A DNA stretch of 64,000 nt from Eledone cirrhosa. Taxonomy: Eukaryota. Of this stretch, positions 14,975 through 28,234 are shown one piece after another. Both the position numbers and the translations under genes were made by a program. The notes under the pieces are model-generated. The model was given only the letters and a program-made list of their open reading frames with translations, ran no database searches and was not told where the DNA came from. Position 1 is the stretch's first letter. Every line of letters starts with the position of its first letter. The DNA lies in the NCBI GenBank assembly GCA_964016885.1, contig OZ024745.1:105834001-105898000 (forward strand). Direction: 5' to 3'.

Positions 14975-16300
14975 TGGTAACACAACAGTTAGTTCACCAT
15001 ACCGAGAACAGTTGATTCACCTTAGCGGATCCTCAGCTCGGAATGGTCATGGTTATACGGAACAAGAAGGACAACCGTATGAACACGCATGCGCAGAAAC
15101 GGTCACTTCACCCAGGTTACACAAAACTGCGGGCGATAGGTGTAAGGAAGATAACTGCGAAAGTCCGAAAGGTTCAAGTTGATAAGAAAATTAGGATGTT
15201 GTTGTTATTCAATCCGGAGCTTTGTAGTTATGTAAGAGGTGTTTCCAGACATGTGGACAACGTGTGAAGATTTAATAACTTGAGTTTAGGCAATCGCTAT
15301 TGCGTAATCTCTTTAGAATATTTATCCGTTCATCAATACATAGTCCACAAGACGGATTGCCCCTTGCGTATGGCTAGGACTTAGTGATGGCTTTCCATTG
15401 AATGGAGTAGTCTATACTTGAGTCCTTGAGTTTCGTGGATGATCGTTTGACCGGGTACCTAAAGGTCAACTGATGGTTCAGGAAGCGTTCCTTAAATCGG
15501 CTCTCCGCCATACCCACATGTGATTTGACCTCCTGTCGTTGATTTGGTCGGTTGGAAGTGACCACAGCTCCATAAACTACAGCAGGTGTGTTGCATTGCT
15601 GTTGAAGGGGACATGGTTCAGGCTTTCGGCAAGAGAACCCTCGTGGGGTGTTGCTCTTAGGGTTGTTGGTGATGTGGGTCTTCATATTCTTAGCGCAGGA
15701 GTACCCTAGTTTTACTTTGTGTCTGTTAAAGATGGAGCGGTATTTGTGACCTATGGGAAAGTGTCTATCTAAGAGGGCTAAAAAACCTTTTTCTACATTA
15801 GTTTTAACGTTGAGTTAGAAGGGAGGCGAGAACCAGATAGTTTGTCTATTGCGACGCTTTCTTTTCTTATTGCTTTTGTTGTTAGTGGGAGATTAAGTGA
15901 TAGGTTGCGAGCAGCCGCTGTTAGCTAACGCCGTGTTATAGTAGGGTGCCGCTCTGTCAAAGCTAGCCTTATTAGAGGAGAGGATAGAGATTCTAGTACT
16001 GATATTATTTACGAAGTCTCTAAAAACAGTGGGAGGGTGGCATGAGTCCTTATGAATGTAATTGAGTTTTTCGTTAAGCTTATGAAAGGGTCTGTAGTTG
16101 TGTGTGCAAAGGTTTAAATTAATGTCTAAGAAATATACGCTAGAGAGGTTGGTAGCTACTGTTATCCTAAGTCCTAACTCATTGAAGGTAGAAGTTAAGT
16201 CTTTTTTAAACCGGTCGAGGTCGTGACTACTTTTATGGCTCGATAAGATCAGTCCATCGTCGCGGTATATTCCCGTGTGGAAGTCCGGGAATCTAACACG
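14972..16300 (-). mobile_element. 5'-truncated Penelope-like retroelement (RT C-half + GIY-YIG + 3' pLTR)
   Basis: Minus strand reads GIYRDDGLIL..FLDINLNL (RT), then CRKPEPCPLQQQC..VVYGAVV..VGMAESRFKERFLNH (GIY-YIG) and CGLCIDERINI. Contains stops and frameshifts; the 3' end abuts (TA)n. Confidence 0.9.
14996..15047 (-). ncRNA. Hammerhead motif in the PLE 3' end (A15.1 mutated)
   Basis: accattccgag CTGAGGA t-cc-gctaa-gg-t GAAT caactg TT ctcggtatggt. Confidence 0.6.
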
Positions 16301-17294
16301 TAATGCATGTCATTTTTGCGCCCCCACCCCCATTTCCCACCTCCAGTTCCACTGCACCTGAATACATAGATGATGTCAGCAGACAGAGTGACAAACTGAA
16401 CATCAAAACAGTAACTGTATCGCTTGTATAACATATATAAGTCTACTATATGTCTATATTTCTTTATAAAAACAATTGTCTGAATACGGTGAAACATAAA
16501 TTCAAACATTATGGCAGCTTCTGTCGCATTCACTATTCAGCAAATTATAATCTACAATCTCATAAAATGTATTACACATTCTAGACATGTGAGTTACATA
16601 TGACATGTGGAATTAGTTGTCTTTTTCTGAGAATTGGAATGCCTATAGCAGTTTTACATTTACAACAACAGAGATCTTGTTGTCCAATACATTTACTACC
16701 AATTAATTATCAGCAGTAATCTAAATTGAATTAGTGAATACATTTGTTCTAAGACGGAGTAAGACAGAGTTAGATTTGATACGACAGTCTTTATATTATT
16801 ACCTGCTAGTGACATATATATAAAGCGAAAACTACAATAGAAATTCTTAACTTATAGTTAGTGGCATTAGAAAACATGTCATGTATTCGATAATTAATAT
16901 ACGATTTGCAATTATTCACTAATTCACAGACCGGAATTTTAACAGATATTAATGCATAATATAATTAATTTTCAAATAAAGTTCTAAGTGTTGCGTTGAT
17001 TATCAAATAATAAGACAGTGTTAACAGTCAATTTTGTTTTGAAATTCTCATTAAAATTTCTATAAGAAATGTCATGTACATTATTTATTCCAAAGCAATT
17101 TTGTTTTGTTAATCTACATGTGTATATTACGGTGCAAATGTTAGAAGATATTGTGAAATTATATTTTCTTTTGATATCAGCTTGTCGGTTATGTTGGTAT
17201 AAAATGTATGACTAAATGATACAGCAGAAAATAAACATAATTTCAAACGATTACAACAAGTATATGACATAGTGAATTGGATAGATGTAGACAA

Positions 17295-17389
<95 letters not shown>

Positions 17390-17870
17390 TAGTGACGAAA
17401 CATAATTCAATTGCATGAACTCATAATCCTTTATTTACTGCTATATATATTTCGATGATAGCCATTGATTGGCTATGACCTCATCAGGCAGCTAATCAGT
17501 TCTTAGATATGCCAGCTCTGTGTTTATAGTGTTGATGGTATCAGAGCCTAGGGACATATGAGCTTGTTAGGAATAATTTAATGTTGTCAGCAGGAATAGT
17601 CTTAATTCTCATTGGTCAGTTTGTAGATGCTAGTAGGGTTGGTATTTGACCTCAAAGAGGCAGGTGGTGTTGTAAAGTTCAAACCGTCAGGTAAGATGAC
17701 AATAGTTCCATATGACTGGTTTTCACAAAAAGCATTCCTGGTGAGATATATATTCAATTAAGGTTAATAGTATGAAATAGATACTACAGTCATTCTTAAA
17801 TTGAGGAATTTATGTGGAGTGGTGCTACTGAAAATTATGGTTAGAGTAGAAAATTTACAAATAAAAAGAC
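17390..17870 (-). mobile_element. Probable PLE 3'/pLTR fragment
   Basis: Non-coding segment ending at (TA)n and carrying an intact HHR near that end. The right boundary is uncertain. Confidence 0.5.
17437..17492 (-). ncRNA. Type I minimal hammerhead ribozyme
   Basis: gctgc CTGATGA ggtcatagcca-atcaa-tggctatcatc GAAA tatata TA gcagt. Canonical core, all stems pair. Confidence 0.85.
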
Positions 17871-17944
17871 TTATGTAGGTTGGCTTTCACATACACTCAG
17901 ACCCACCTCCACAGACACACACACACATCCACACATACAAATTG

Positions 17945-18080
17945 AGGTCTTAATGTTGCCTTCCAAGATACGCCGAATAGTAAGTATTTGCCCTGATGTT
18001 GATCTGTTAGTGCGGAAGCCATTTTGTTTTTTTCTCAGCAAGGGGTCAATGACAGGTCTTATTCTGTTAAGCAACATGAG

Positions 18081-18085
<5 letters not shown>
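17945..18085 (-). mobile_element. RTE-clade LINE RT fragment (inverted piece)
   Basis: MLLNRIRPVIDPLLRKKQNGFRTNRSTSGQILTIRRILEG. Confidence 0.85.
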
Positions 18086-18136
<51 letters not shown>

Positions 18137-18156
18137 GTGTGTATATATATATATAT

Positions 18157-18810
18157 ACAATATCATGTTGCTTAACAGAATAAGACCTGTCAACTCTCCC
18201 GTTTATTGACTTTTCAAAAGCATTCGATTCTATCCATCGTAGGAGGATGAGAGAGATACTTCTAGCCTACGGCTTGCCAAAGGAAACAGTAAATGCGAAC
18301 ATGATGTTGACATCAGACTGGGAAAAGCCTGGGGAGCATTGAATGCAATGGAAAAAATATGGAAATCAAACGTTCCGGCCAAACTGAAAATGAATTTCTT
18401 AAGAGCTGCTGTGGAATCTGTGCTTTTTTATGGCTCTATCACTTAGACGCTAACGTCAAAACTGGAGACACACGTATGCTCCGTGCTGCTTTAAACGTAT
18501 CTTGGAGGGAACACCCAACAAATAAGGATCTCTATGGCAATATACCACCTATCAGCAAGTCAATACGTAAACAGAGACTTAGATTTGCTGGCCACTGTTG
18601 GCTCAGCAAGGAAGAAATAGCAGGCGATGTGTTGTTATGGAGTCCATCTCATGGAGCAAGAAACGCTGGTCGTACCAAGAAGACATACGTCAAGCAACTT
18701 GAGGACGATACTGGATGCACTGCGGAAGAACTGGCAAACGTTATGAGAGACAGAGATGGATGGATGAAACGTGTCGTAGAAGGCCGAGCAAGCTCGACCT
18801 GATGATGATT
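18157..18810 (+). mobile_element. RTE-clade LINE, internally deleted, with 3' end and (TGA)n tail
   Basis: [22 protein letters not shown] and RMLRAALNVSWREHPTNKDLYG..RLRFAGHC..DRDGW; tail 'tgatgatgat'. Confidence 0.88.
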
Positions 18811-18838
18811 ATATATATATATATATGAATCAGTGTAT

Positions 18839-18916
<78 letters not shown>

Positions 18917-18975
18917 TTAACTTAATTATACCAATATTTACTTTATAAACATAGGTCGCGATACATAAATCACAT

Positions 18976-19154
18976 AATTGTTTCTACTTATGGCACAAGG
19001 CCAGCAATAACCCAGTATATTACTGGTACTTTATTTTATCGACCCCGTAAGGATGAAAGGCAAAGTTAACCTCGGCGGGATTTGAACTCAGAATGGCAAG
19101 GGCCATAACTCTATGCGTCAAAGCATGGCGTTCGATCCTCTACCGATACTGCCA
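18976..19154 (-). mobile_element. tRNA-derived SINE with Deu/Nin-like core (short form)
   Basis: Reverse complement contains the B-box-like 'gagttcaaatcc' and the core 'tttgcctttcatccttacggggtcgataaaataaagtaccagt'. Confidence 0.85.
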
Positions 19155-19778
19155 TAAATCACATAATATAAACAGGCAAGACACGAAACAACACACACAC
19201 ACACACACAAACACGCACGTATACACACATATACTTTCACACACACAAACATATGGATTGGTATACATTTACACACAACATAGACATACATTTGTTCATA
19301 TATGTAGCGCGAGAAACCTTTATTCGCTCACAATTTGAATACTTCATCAGGAATGCAAAGCATACTGTAAGATTGTACTGCATCATTCTAATCCCGTTGC
19401 AGCATCGGTAGTTTCCGCACGAACAAGATGCAAGTTAAAGGGAAATGAAAACCCTTTTCCTGTAGATTTCCTTAGCTACATCATTTGGCATTTTGAAAGT
19501 AAAAGATAGAAGATTAATTGGATTCAACACAGAAACTGATAGAACCTAATTCTGAACGGACAACTCAATTTAGAAAATGCCGGCAGGGGAGAAACAATAA
19601 GAGATAAACAAACACTCACACTCCCAAAGAGATACACAACCACACAAGCACGCAAACACACACACGTACATATATACATACATACACTCACACACACACA
19701 CAAACACACACACGCACACACATATATATATATATATGTATGTACACACATAACAGCACAACATAATGCATACACTCG

Positions 19779-19823
<45 letters not shown>

Positions 19824-20267
19824 AAATATGTGCATATGTATGTATATACAACCATGCGTCCATTTATACATACATACGTATGTACATCAATATACACATG
19901 CACATATATATATATATGTGTGTGTTCATATATTCATATAATACAGAACAGGTTTTATTATATAAATTTAATTGAGCCTCTGTATATACCAAAACACACA
20001 GGTAATGATAAATGAACTACGTATGACCTAGCTTTCAATCTGTATGCATAAAATTCACCTCTGCTCATATGGAGATGTTGATCTGGGATGTTATATTCCC
20101 TAACCAACTCAAAGAATATGTGCTCTTCTTTCATCAATGTATTAGGCAATAAGGTTATATGGGTTTAAGTCTCACTCAAATGTGCTACTTAGATGTTTAC
20201 TCTTCTCACGTCTAATTTTATGTCTATATAATCTATTAGTCTCTATCTTTTTCTTTTCCCCTTCCCT

Positions 20268-20356
<89 letters not shown>

Positions 20357-20500
20357 ACGAAGGAAATGTGGTAAGGAACCAGATGGACCATAACACACCA
20401 AAGTACTCAATACTTAGGGTAGTAGAGTGGGTAATAGGAACGAGTAGGACCCCGACGGCTGAGCTCAAGCCGTTTCGACGGCTAATTCGACTCGTTCCTA
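20357..20500 (-). mobile_element. Small element carrying the 3' half of a hammerhead, truncated by an inversion
   Basis: Minus strand: gccgtc GAAA cggct-tgagctc-agccg TC gggg. Inverted repeat taggaacgagt/actcgttccta; flanked by microsatellites. Confidence 0.45.
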
Positions 20501-20829
20501 TATATATATATGTGCATGCTACTGTACGTCTGTATACATATATGTATGTACGTATACATGCATACTTATATATAGATATATATATATATACAGTATGTAT
20601 ATGCATGTATGTATTCATGTATATATGTATTTATGTAATTGCATAAGTATGTATAAAATAATATAAAGATAGTGTAGTACTCTGTCTATAAATTAAAAAA
20701 GAAATAAAGACAGATAAGAAGAGGATGAAGGAGAAAGTGTGATAGCGAGAACGATTGAGTTAGAGAGAGAGAGAGGGAGAGAGAGAGAGGTGGGGGGGAG
20801 ATAGATAGATAGATAGAGAAAGAGAGAGC

Positions 20830-20877
<48 letters not shown>

Positions 20878-20895
20878 TACTGAGGGAGATAGATA

Positions 20896-21748
20896 TGTTT
20901 CTTTATTAGCCACAGGGGCACAAAAGAAGGGGACAAATACAAAGAGGGAAGTTTACATACAATAAAAACGTGTAAAATATTATCACAAATGCAATTTAAA
21001 TAGGTCGATTTTCCCCAATAGGGGGGAGACAGTTCATATGGGTAACACATACCCCCGAAAAAAAGTGCAACCCTCATCCAGGAGTACGAAGTGTTTGTAC
21101 TCCTTTCCTCTCCTCTTCCTTTTCCTCAACCTACAGGCTGATATAGAGAGAAGGCCCATTCACTTGGGCTATTCTCGCAACTTTCACCCACCTTTCATAA
21201 AACTTGCTGGGGTACAGCACCTCTCTCTCCATCCTGATTCTTCTTCCAAAGTGGTATTTGAAAAAAAGAATCAGTTGTTGGCCGGAGAGAAAGGTGTCTG
21301 ACCTCAGCCCTTTCAACCTTGTCCACCATACAACCTCTATCACACAAAGGAAAACCGCCTCTCTTTCGTTTTTGAAGGAGGACTCGGTGGTCAACCGGAT
21401 TGGTTCCACCCGCGACAGTAGTCGTTCTACATAGCCCCACAGGTCGGTGACGCCCGGGTAGTGTATGAATGCGTGTGCGACGGTTTCTTCGTCTCGCACG
21501 CACCTCGGACAGATCTATTTTGCAGGGTCCCATATCTGTAGAGCTTGTCTCGAACTGGTAGAGCTCCTCGGTAGCACTGCCAGGCTAGGGACTTTTGGAA
21601 GTTGTCCATCGGTCCCGGGCGGAAGGTCATACCGAACAGACTGGCCAGTTCATTTTCCTCTACGCCTAGAGTTTCACCGAGCGTGTCGTCGCACTTGCTG
21701 CGGATCAACCCTCTATAGAATGACGTAGTGGAATCTCCACTGATCGCC
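20896..21748 (-). mobile_element. L1/Tx1-type LINE 3' end (zf-RVT region)
   Basis: NFQKSLAWQCYRGALPVRDKL..RDEETVAHAFIH..LWGYVE..VVWWTR. AATAAA near the 3' end; candidate 12-bp TSD gggagatagata at 20884-20895 and 21749-21760. Confidence 0.8.
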
Positions 21749-21787
21749 GGGAGATAGATAGATAGATAGATAGATAGAGAAAGAGAG

Positions 21788-21825
<38 letters not shown>

Positions 21826-22794
21826 GGGGAGATAGAGAGGGTGATAGAGAGGGAGATAGATAGATAGATAGATAGTGAGAGAGGATGGGGGTTTAAAAGC
21901 CAATGTTTGAGTGTGCGAAGGCATGAAAAGCAATTTTTAACCAGTTCAGATAAAAAATAAAATACGAGGTAATTGTTAAAGATTACATCGTATATTCGTT
22001 CCTATTGATGTCCTGCACACAGGAAGAGATGATTGATAATTAAAATGTCATTAATTAGCTGATGCGGAAGACGTGAATGGAATAATGGCTTATGTTGTAA
22101 ATATTGGGGCTGATGTTAGAAAGGATGGACGTGGTGCTAAGGCGGTAAGGTTTGATCCTGCTGTTAAACCTTTTCGTTCTGGAATCAATTTCTTAAATAA
22201 ACATCAAGGGTAACCTGAACAAAGCTTTTTTTTTCCTTTTTCCCATTATAAATAGTCTTGTGGCTGTTGTAAATATTGCGTACACTTTGATGAACCACTC
22301 TGCGTTTCGATCTTCTAATTTTACCATCCCTGCTTCAAGGAAATAAAAAGTGACACATGATTCCTTCAACAACTTGGTAGAAGATTCAGCATTTCTTCTC
22401 GATTTCTTTTTCATTAAATGCTCAAATCTACTGCTCCAGCTCCATAAATTTTCCATTGTTTAGTTCTTCGGCATGGGATTCAAGTCTTTGATGGACAACG
22501 TATTCAGAAGTGGTAAATAAAGGGTGATAATTACTAAAATTAAGAACAAATGGCCTAGCTACGTAGATGTTGTCAGATATGAACGTATGAACATTATCTG
22601 CGAATTGGGGATACAATTTGTTCCACACGCCACTCTTCAGTGTTTTGGTGAGATCGTAAATGTTGTAATTACCTCAAAAGTGGGAGTTGTACATACTAAA
22701 CATTATCCAAAGTCATTTCGGTACTTAGATTTGACGCTATGCTAAATTACTGAAGAGGTCTTTACTAAAAACTTACTCGTTTACTTGTTTTCTG

Positions 22795-23098
22795 TATTAT
22801 AAGGGCGCAACGTTATATCTATTTATCTATCTAAAAAGAAAGACTAAGAATTATAGAGAGAGATCGCTAAATCGCCTAATGCGGTCCCTACTGCATTGAA
22901 AATTTGAAATATTCTTTGCTCAAAACACTCACAGGACCATAGGTATTACATGTGTAAAGTTTGAAAACGATCGGTTGGGTGGTTCAGGACCATAGGTATT
23001 ACATGTGTAAAGTTTGAAAACGATCGGTTGGGTGGTTCTCGAGTTTTAGGGAGTCAAACAGACAGACAAACAGACATTCTCTGTTTTAGATATATAGA
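22795..23098 (-). mobile_element. Non-autonomous Helitron-like 5' fragment with a 53-bp internal tandem duplication
   Basis: Homologous to 46810-47045; ends '..cagacagacattctctgtttta(g/t)atata'. Duplicated units start at 22932 and 22985. Confidence 0.65.
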
Positions 23099-23599
23099 TA
23101 AAGAAAATAGCCTGATAGCGTCCTTTTTAATAACCTCTGAATGGTAAAAGGGTGAGTGCATGGGAGTCGAACCTACCTTTAATACTCATCCTTTTCGATT
23201 CAGAGGGTTTTAAGAACCCCACTATCAGGCTAATTTCTTTAGACAAAACATGGTGAAAGTTTATATTCCTACTAAATTTCGAAGTTCCCTCGCTGTCTTC
23301 AAAATAATAGCTTGCTTTATACATACATATATATATATATATACATATATATGTGTGTGTGTAGGTAAGGAATGTAAACAACGAAATATCAACAGGAGAC
23401 AACAATACAGTGCAATGTTTCGCGCTTGTTATTTAAGGAAGAAGCATCATAATTTCGGATTGTTAGTCTTTCATCGGAAGATAGAATGAATGAAAGTAGA
23501 TATAATAAAAGATTGATGGGAATAAATATGATATAGAAACGTTTTATATAAATTTGCACAACCAGACGTTTTCGCTTCGTTTACGTTAATGCACATGGT

Positions 23600-23610
23600 G
23601 CTGCTGCCGC

Positions 23611-23647
<37 letters not shown>

Positions 23648-23665
23648 ACTACTACTACTACTACT
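23600..23665. repeat. (CTG)n-(CTA)n compound microsatellite
   Basis: Directly visible. Confidence 0.9.
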
Positions 23666-24536
23666 TGTTAATGTCATGCGAAGAAGTGATTTTGTATCAT
23701 TTCATTTGTACCAATTACAAATTCTTCCATGTGCATATTTCTTGCATGCGAAATGATTTTAATTCAATAGTAAAGTCAGCAAAATTCTGTAGTTTTACGG
23801 ATAACAATTGCGCAACATTATAATTATAAGATAAAAATAAAATTGTCATTTCTGTCATATAAAATTGGCATGTATGTTGTCAAAAACTTATTATTTCTTT
23901 TGTATTCAATTTTCATATTAACCATTCCTTGAAGGTACTTCCCATTAAACATATTCTATATAAATTAATTAATGAAGAAGTTTGAGTGATTGACTAAAAT
24001 TAATAATTATTTCATTACTAAGGAAATAACATATAGTTCTCATAAAATTATAATGGAAGTTATAAATTGATATAGAAACCCGTTAAAAGGGAGTTTTGGT
24101 TTTGTAGAAACAGAAACGATTTTGAGCGGGTGTGGCATCAAAAAGGGTAAAGATGAAAACTCCTTCTGGTGACATTGAGGTATTATTACATATTCAACTT
24201 ATACGCTCGGTATTCTTAAATAGAGACCGAACTTAATCCACAATCTGAGCAGCAACGGAATTATTTTGTCATAAACCAGAGCTGACATAGATTAAACATT
24301 ATCTGCAACATTCAATTATAGTCTTGGTAAGAATTAAAGAGCTATTTTCGATTTGTTGGGAAGAAAACATTGTGTCTATTGTTAACTGCACTTCCTCCTT
24401 TTCGGTGAGAACAACATGGTGACTATTAACATTTGATACTCTGACAAATTATTGAAGAATCATAGTTTGGCAGAGATTGGCAATGGTATGATTAGTCTTT
24501 ATCAATTGAATTGACAATATTTGAATTGAATAAAAT

Positions 24537-24746
24537 GATTTCTAGTAAAGGCACAAGGCCAGTAATTTGGTGGGAGGGGAAAGTCGATTAAATCGACCCC
24601 AGTACGTTATTGGTGCTTTATTTTATCGACCTCGTAAGAATGAAAGACAAAGTTAACTTCGGCGGGATTAGAACTCAGACCGTAAAGAGCCGTAACTCTA
24701 TGCTGCAAAGCATGGTGTCCGACTCTCTACCGATACTGCCAATCCA
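24537..24746 (-). mobile_element. Deu/Nin-like SINE (long form)
   Basis: Same core as 18976-19154 plus the 'ggggtcgatttaatcgactttccc' segment. Confidence 0.85.
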
Positions 24747-26065
24747 ACTTTCTAGTTGAATTGAATAGAATAAAAGGACTCGGACCCAGATTTTATTATC
24801 TCTGTAAACACCAAGGTTTGATTTACTCTTTTATTCTTTTACCTGTTTCAGCGCTCCGGCTGAGGCCATGCTGGGGCACCGCACTTGATTGTCTTCAACA
24901 CTTATTTTACTATATTATTGATTTCCTATTTCAATGTAGAAAATACCTGCGCTGGGGGAGTGTTAGATAAGTGATAGTTATAACAGAATATTACTGGTGC
25001 TTGTTATTTCCCTTTCCACTACGTGTGACTGACTGAATGGGAATAATGTAGAAACACAGCGCTTTATCTTATATTTTGTAGCATAGATTTATAAACAATT
25101 GCGCCGTTGGTGATGTATCCAACATATCCATCACTGGTTCAATGCTTCTAATTGCAATTGATCTTAGAACAGGACACACACACACAACACACACATACAC
25201 ACACACACAACACACACATACACGCACGCACACACTCACACACATATGCAAACACATGCACACGCACGCACACACGCGCACGCATGCATACACGCACAGC
25301 CACGCATGTGCACGCAAAAACAATCACATGTATGCAGATATACATATAGAAATACACTCCATCACATGCAAACATATATATAGAGTGAAACAAGGGCGTG
25401 CACGCAAAGATTTATACTTACTAATGCATATATCTATGTATGAATATATCTATGTATTCTTCATTTATTCCTATTTCTTATTGAACAAGTCTGAGTAACA
25501 GCAACAATCTTATCTCTGTATAATCATTATTTAGCAATTTTCTCCAGGGTTTAGCCTGCTGGGCATTTGATGTTTTTATTTGCTGTTCCATTTTGGGTGG
25601 TATATTTTGTTGGTAAATAGTCTCATATTCTCTTAAATAATTGAGCTTTCTATTGGAATTGTTTTGTACTAACGTGTGAGCAATTTGGATATTTTACAAT
25701 CTCGTACATCTTCCTTTTCTTCGTGTAAGCTATCGTGGCAATTTTCCTGGTAATTTTGAAGAATTGGGACAAATCATAATTCAATTCATATGTTCACTGA
25801 AATGTAGAAAACTGCGAGAGGGCACTAACCCTGGTGGTCTGGGTTGGTTACTTTGGATTTTGTGGGCTTTCTCCACCCTTGGATATCTCCTCCCTATTGG
25901 GGAATTTTCCTTTTTTTCCATTTTTTGTTACACCCATTTTTGTTTGTTTTTGTTTTTATACACGCAGAAAACCATATTTGTACCGTTCTGTGCTGCCCTT
26001 AATTTATTCCTTTTGTAAACCCTTTTGTGGTAAATATAGAAAGCATTATTATTATTATCATTATT

Positions 26066-26384
26066 GCGGTGGATTGACAGTATCTGTAGAGCATCGGACA
26101 CTATTTTTGGGCATAGAGTTATGTCCCTTTACGTTCTGAGCTCAAATCCGGCCGATGTTCGCTTACGGGGTCGATAAAATAAAGCGCTAGTAGGTACTGG
26201 GGTCGATTTAATCGACTTTCCCGTACCCCAAAATTGCTGGCTTTGTGCCTATATAAGAATCCATTATTATTCTGAGTTCAAATCCCGACGAGGTTAACTT
26301 TGCCTTTCATCCTTACGGGGTCGATAAAATAAAGTACGAGTAATATACTAGGTAATTGTTGGCCTTGTGCCAAAAGCAGAAACA

Positions 26385-26415
<31 letters not shown>
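26066..26415 (+). mobile_element. Two tandem SINE copies (long form then partial short form) with (ATT)n tail
   Basis: The SINE core appears twice (~26140-26260 and ~26270-26385). Confidence 0.8.
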
Positions 26416-26416
<1 letters not shown>

Positions 26417-27297
26417 AGTTGCATTTATCTTGCTTTATGTTCATACGAATTATCACCAAGTCATAACCAGTGACCTCAAGAGACAACAAGGTCCACCATG
26501 TTCAAGAAAGAACATACACACACACACATGCATCTTTAGGTGTTTAGACTTGTGATGTATTTATATTGACAGAATCTGCCTTAGTATATGGGCAGTTCTC
26601 ATTAGTACTATCTTTTGCATTTCTACTATACGTGGTTTCCTGGGATTTGCGATAAGTAATCATTAGACCCCTTAGGTATCATTCCTATAGCTCCTACAAC
26701 CACTGGTATTGTTTTAGTTCTCAATTTCCACATTTTTCCGATTTCTATCTCCAGGTCCTTATACTTGCTAAATTTTTCAAATGTTTTTATAGATACATTC
26801 TTGTCTATTGGAACGGACATATCAATTAGCAGGCATACCCTCTTTTTAAAGTCCTTCAGTATTATATCAGGTCTATTTGCATCTATTTTTCGGTCTGTTT
26901 GGATGCTAAAGTTCCACAAGATTGAGATGTGATCTTTTTCAAGTATGGGAGGTGGTTGATGCTCCCCCCAATTCTTTTGATGGGCCAGGTCAAAATGCTT
27001 ACACATTATCCAATGTATATATTGTGCAGCTCTGTCATGCCTGTTTAGGTATTCGGATGGAGCTATAGGACTTCACATTGAAATTATATGATCAATGGTC
27101 TCAGGTTGTTTTTTACATACACGGCATAATGGGTTGCATCCATTTTTTTTATTATGTTGGCTTGGTAATTTTTTGTTGGCAGACACTGATCTTGTGCTGA
27201 TATAATCAGTCCTTCAGTCTCCGATTTCAGTCCAGATGATGCCAACCACTGATGGGTTAAAGTTTTGTCAACATCAGGATTGTTAGCTCTTTCTGGG
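26416..27297 (-). mobile_element. R4/Dong-clade LINE 3' end (CCHC + restriction-like endonuclease)
   Basis: WLASSGLKSETEGLIISAQDQCLPTKNY.., then ILWNFSIQTDRKIDANRPDIILKD..CLLIDMSVP..EKFSKYKDLEIEIGKMW..IPVVVGAIG (PD-(D/E)xK). Flanked by (TAA)n on both sides. Confidence 0.9.
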
Positions 27298-27357
27298 TTA
27301 TTATTATTATTATTATTATTATCATTATTATTATTATTATTATCATTATTATTATTA

Positions 27358-27592
27358 AGGGAGGGGATTGGTAGTTTCGGTAGAACGTCGGAAAACATGC
27401 TCGGTGGTATAGAGTTACATCCATTTACAATTTGCATTCAAATACCACCGAGCTTATCTTTTCTTTTCATCCTAATGGGGTCGATACAATAAAGTACCAA
27501 TAATGCACTGGGATTGATTTAACCGAATTGCCCACCACCACCACCACTAACATTGTTCGCCTTGTGCTTCAATCAAAGACTGTTATTATTAT
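27358..27592 (+). mobile_element. Diverged Deu/Nin-like SINE
   Basis: 'ttttcatcctaatggggtcgatacaataaagtaccaataatgcactggg'. Confidence 0.75.
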
Positions 27593-27843
27593 TTCTTTTA
27601 TTTGACACAAGAGAGGCGATGAGGTGGACAAGTTACATGGACAAGTTACATCAATACGTCCGTTCAGAATACAAATGAGAATAACCTATTAATTTTGTCC
27701 AGCAGTGTAAGAAGGAACTATTAATTTTACAATGAATTTATGTGGCTGCATTTGTACACACATACACACACACACATATACACATATTGTGTATATATAT
27801 ATATATATATATATGTGTGTATGTATATATATATATGTGTGTG

Positions 27844-27877
<34 letters not shown>

Positions 27878-27911
27878 TATATATACATATATATATATAC
27901 ACACACCACAC

Positions 27912-27944
<33 letters not shown>

Positions 27945-28089
27945 TATGTGAGTACGAGTACGAGTAGAGATTTATATGAAATTAAATGTGGGTGCATATG
28001 TATTTATCGATTTGTGTGCATATCTATGTATGCGTGCATCTGTGTCGTTATTGATGACTATTCATGTATGTATGTCCGTCTGATTCTCT

Positions 28090-28154
<65 letters not shown>

Positions 28155-28179
28155 TATGTATATATATATGTATATATAT

Positions 28180-28234
<55 letters not shown>

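Noticed and set aside
19300-19355. CTGATGA on the minus strand
   Set aside because: No matching stem II, GAAA or stem I.
22000-22750. Overlapping short minus-strand ORFs in complex sequence
   Set aside because: Interrupted by stops, and no motif could be recognised.
24108-24179. AG..GT-bounded 72-nt candidate exon
   Set aside because: Stop codons in all three frames.
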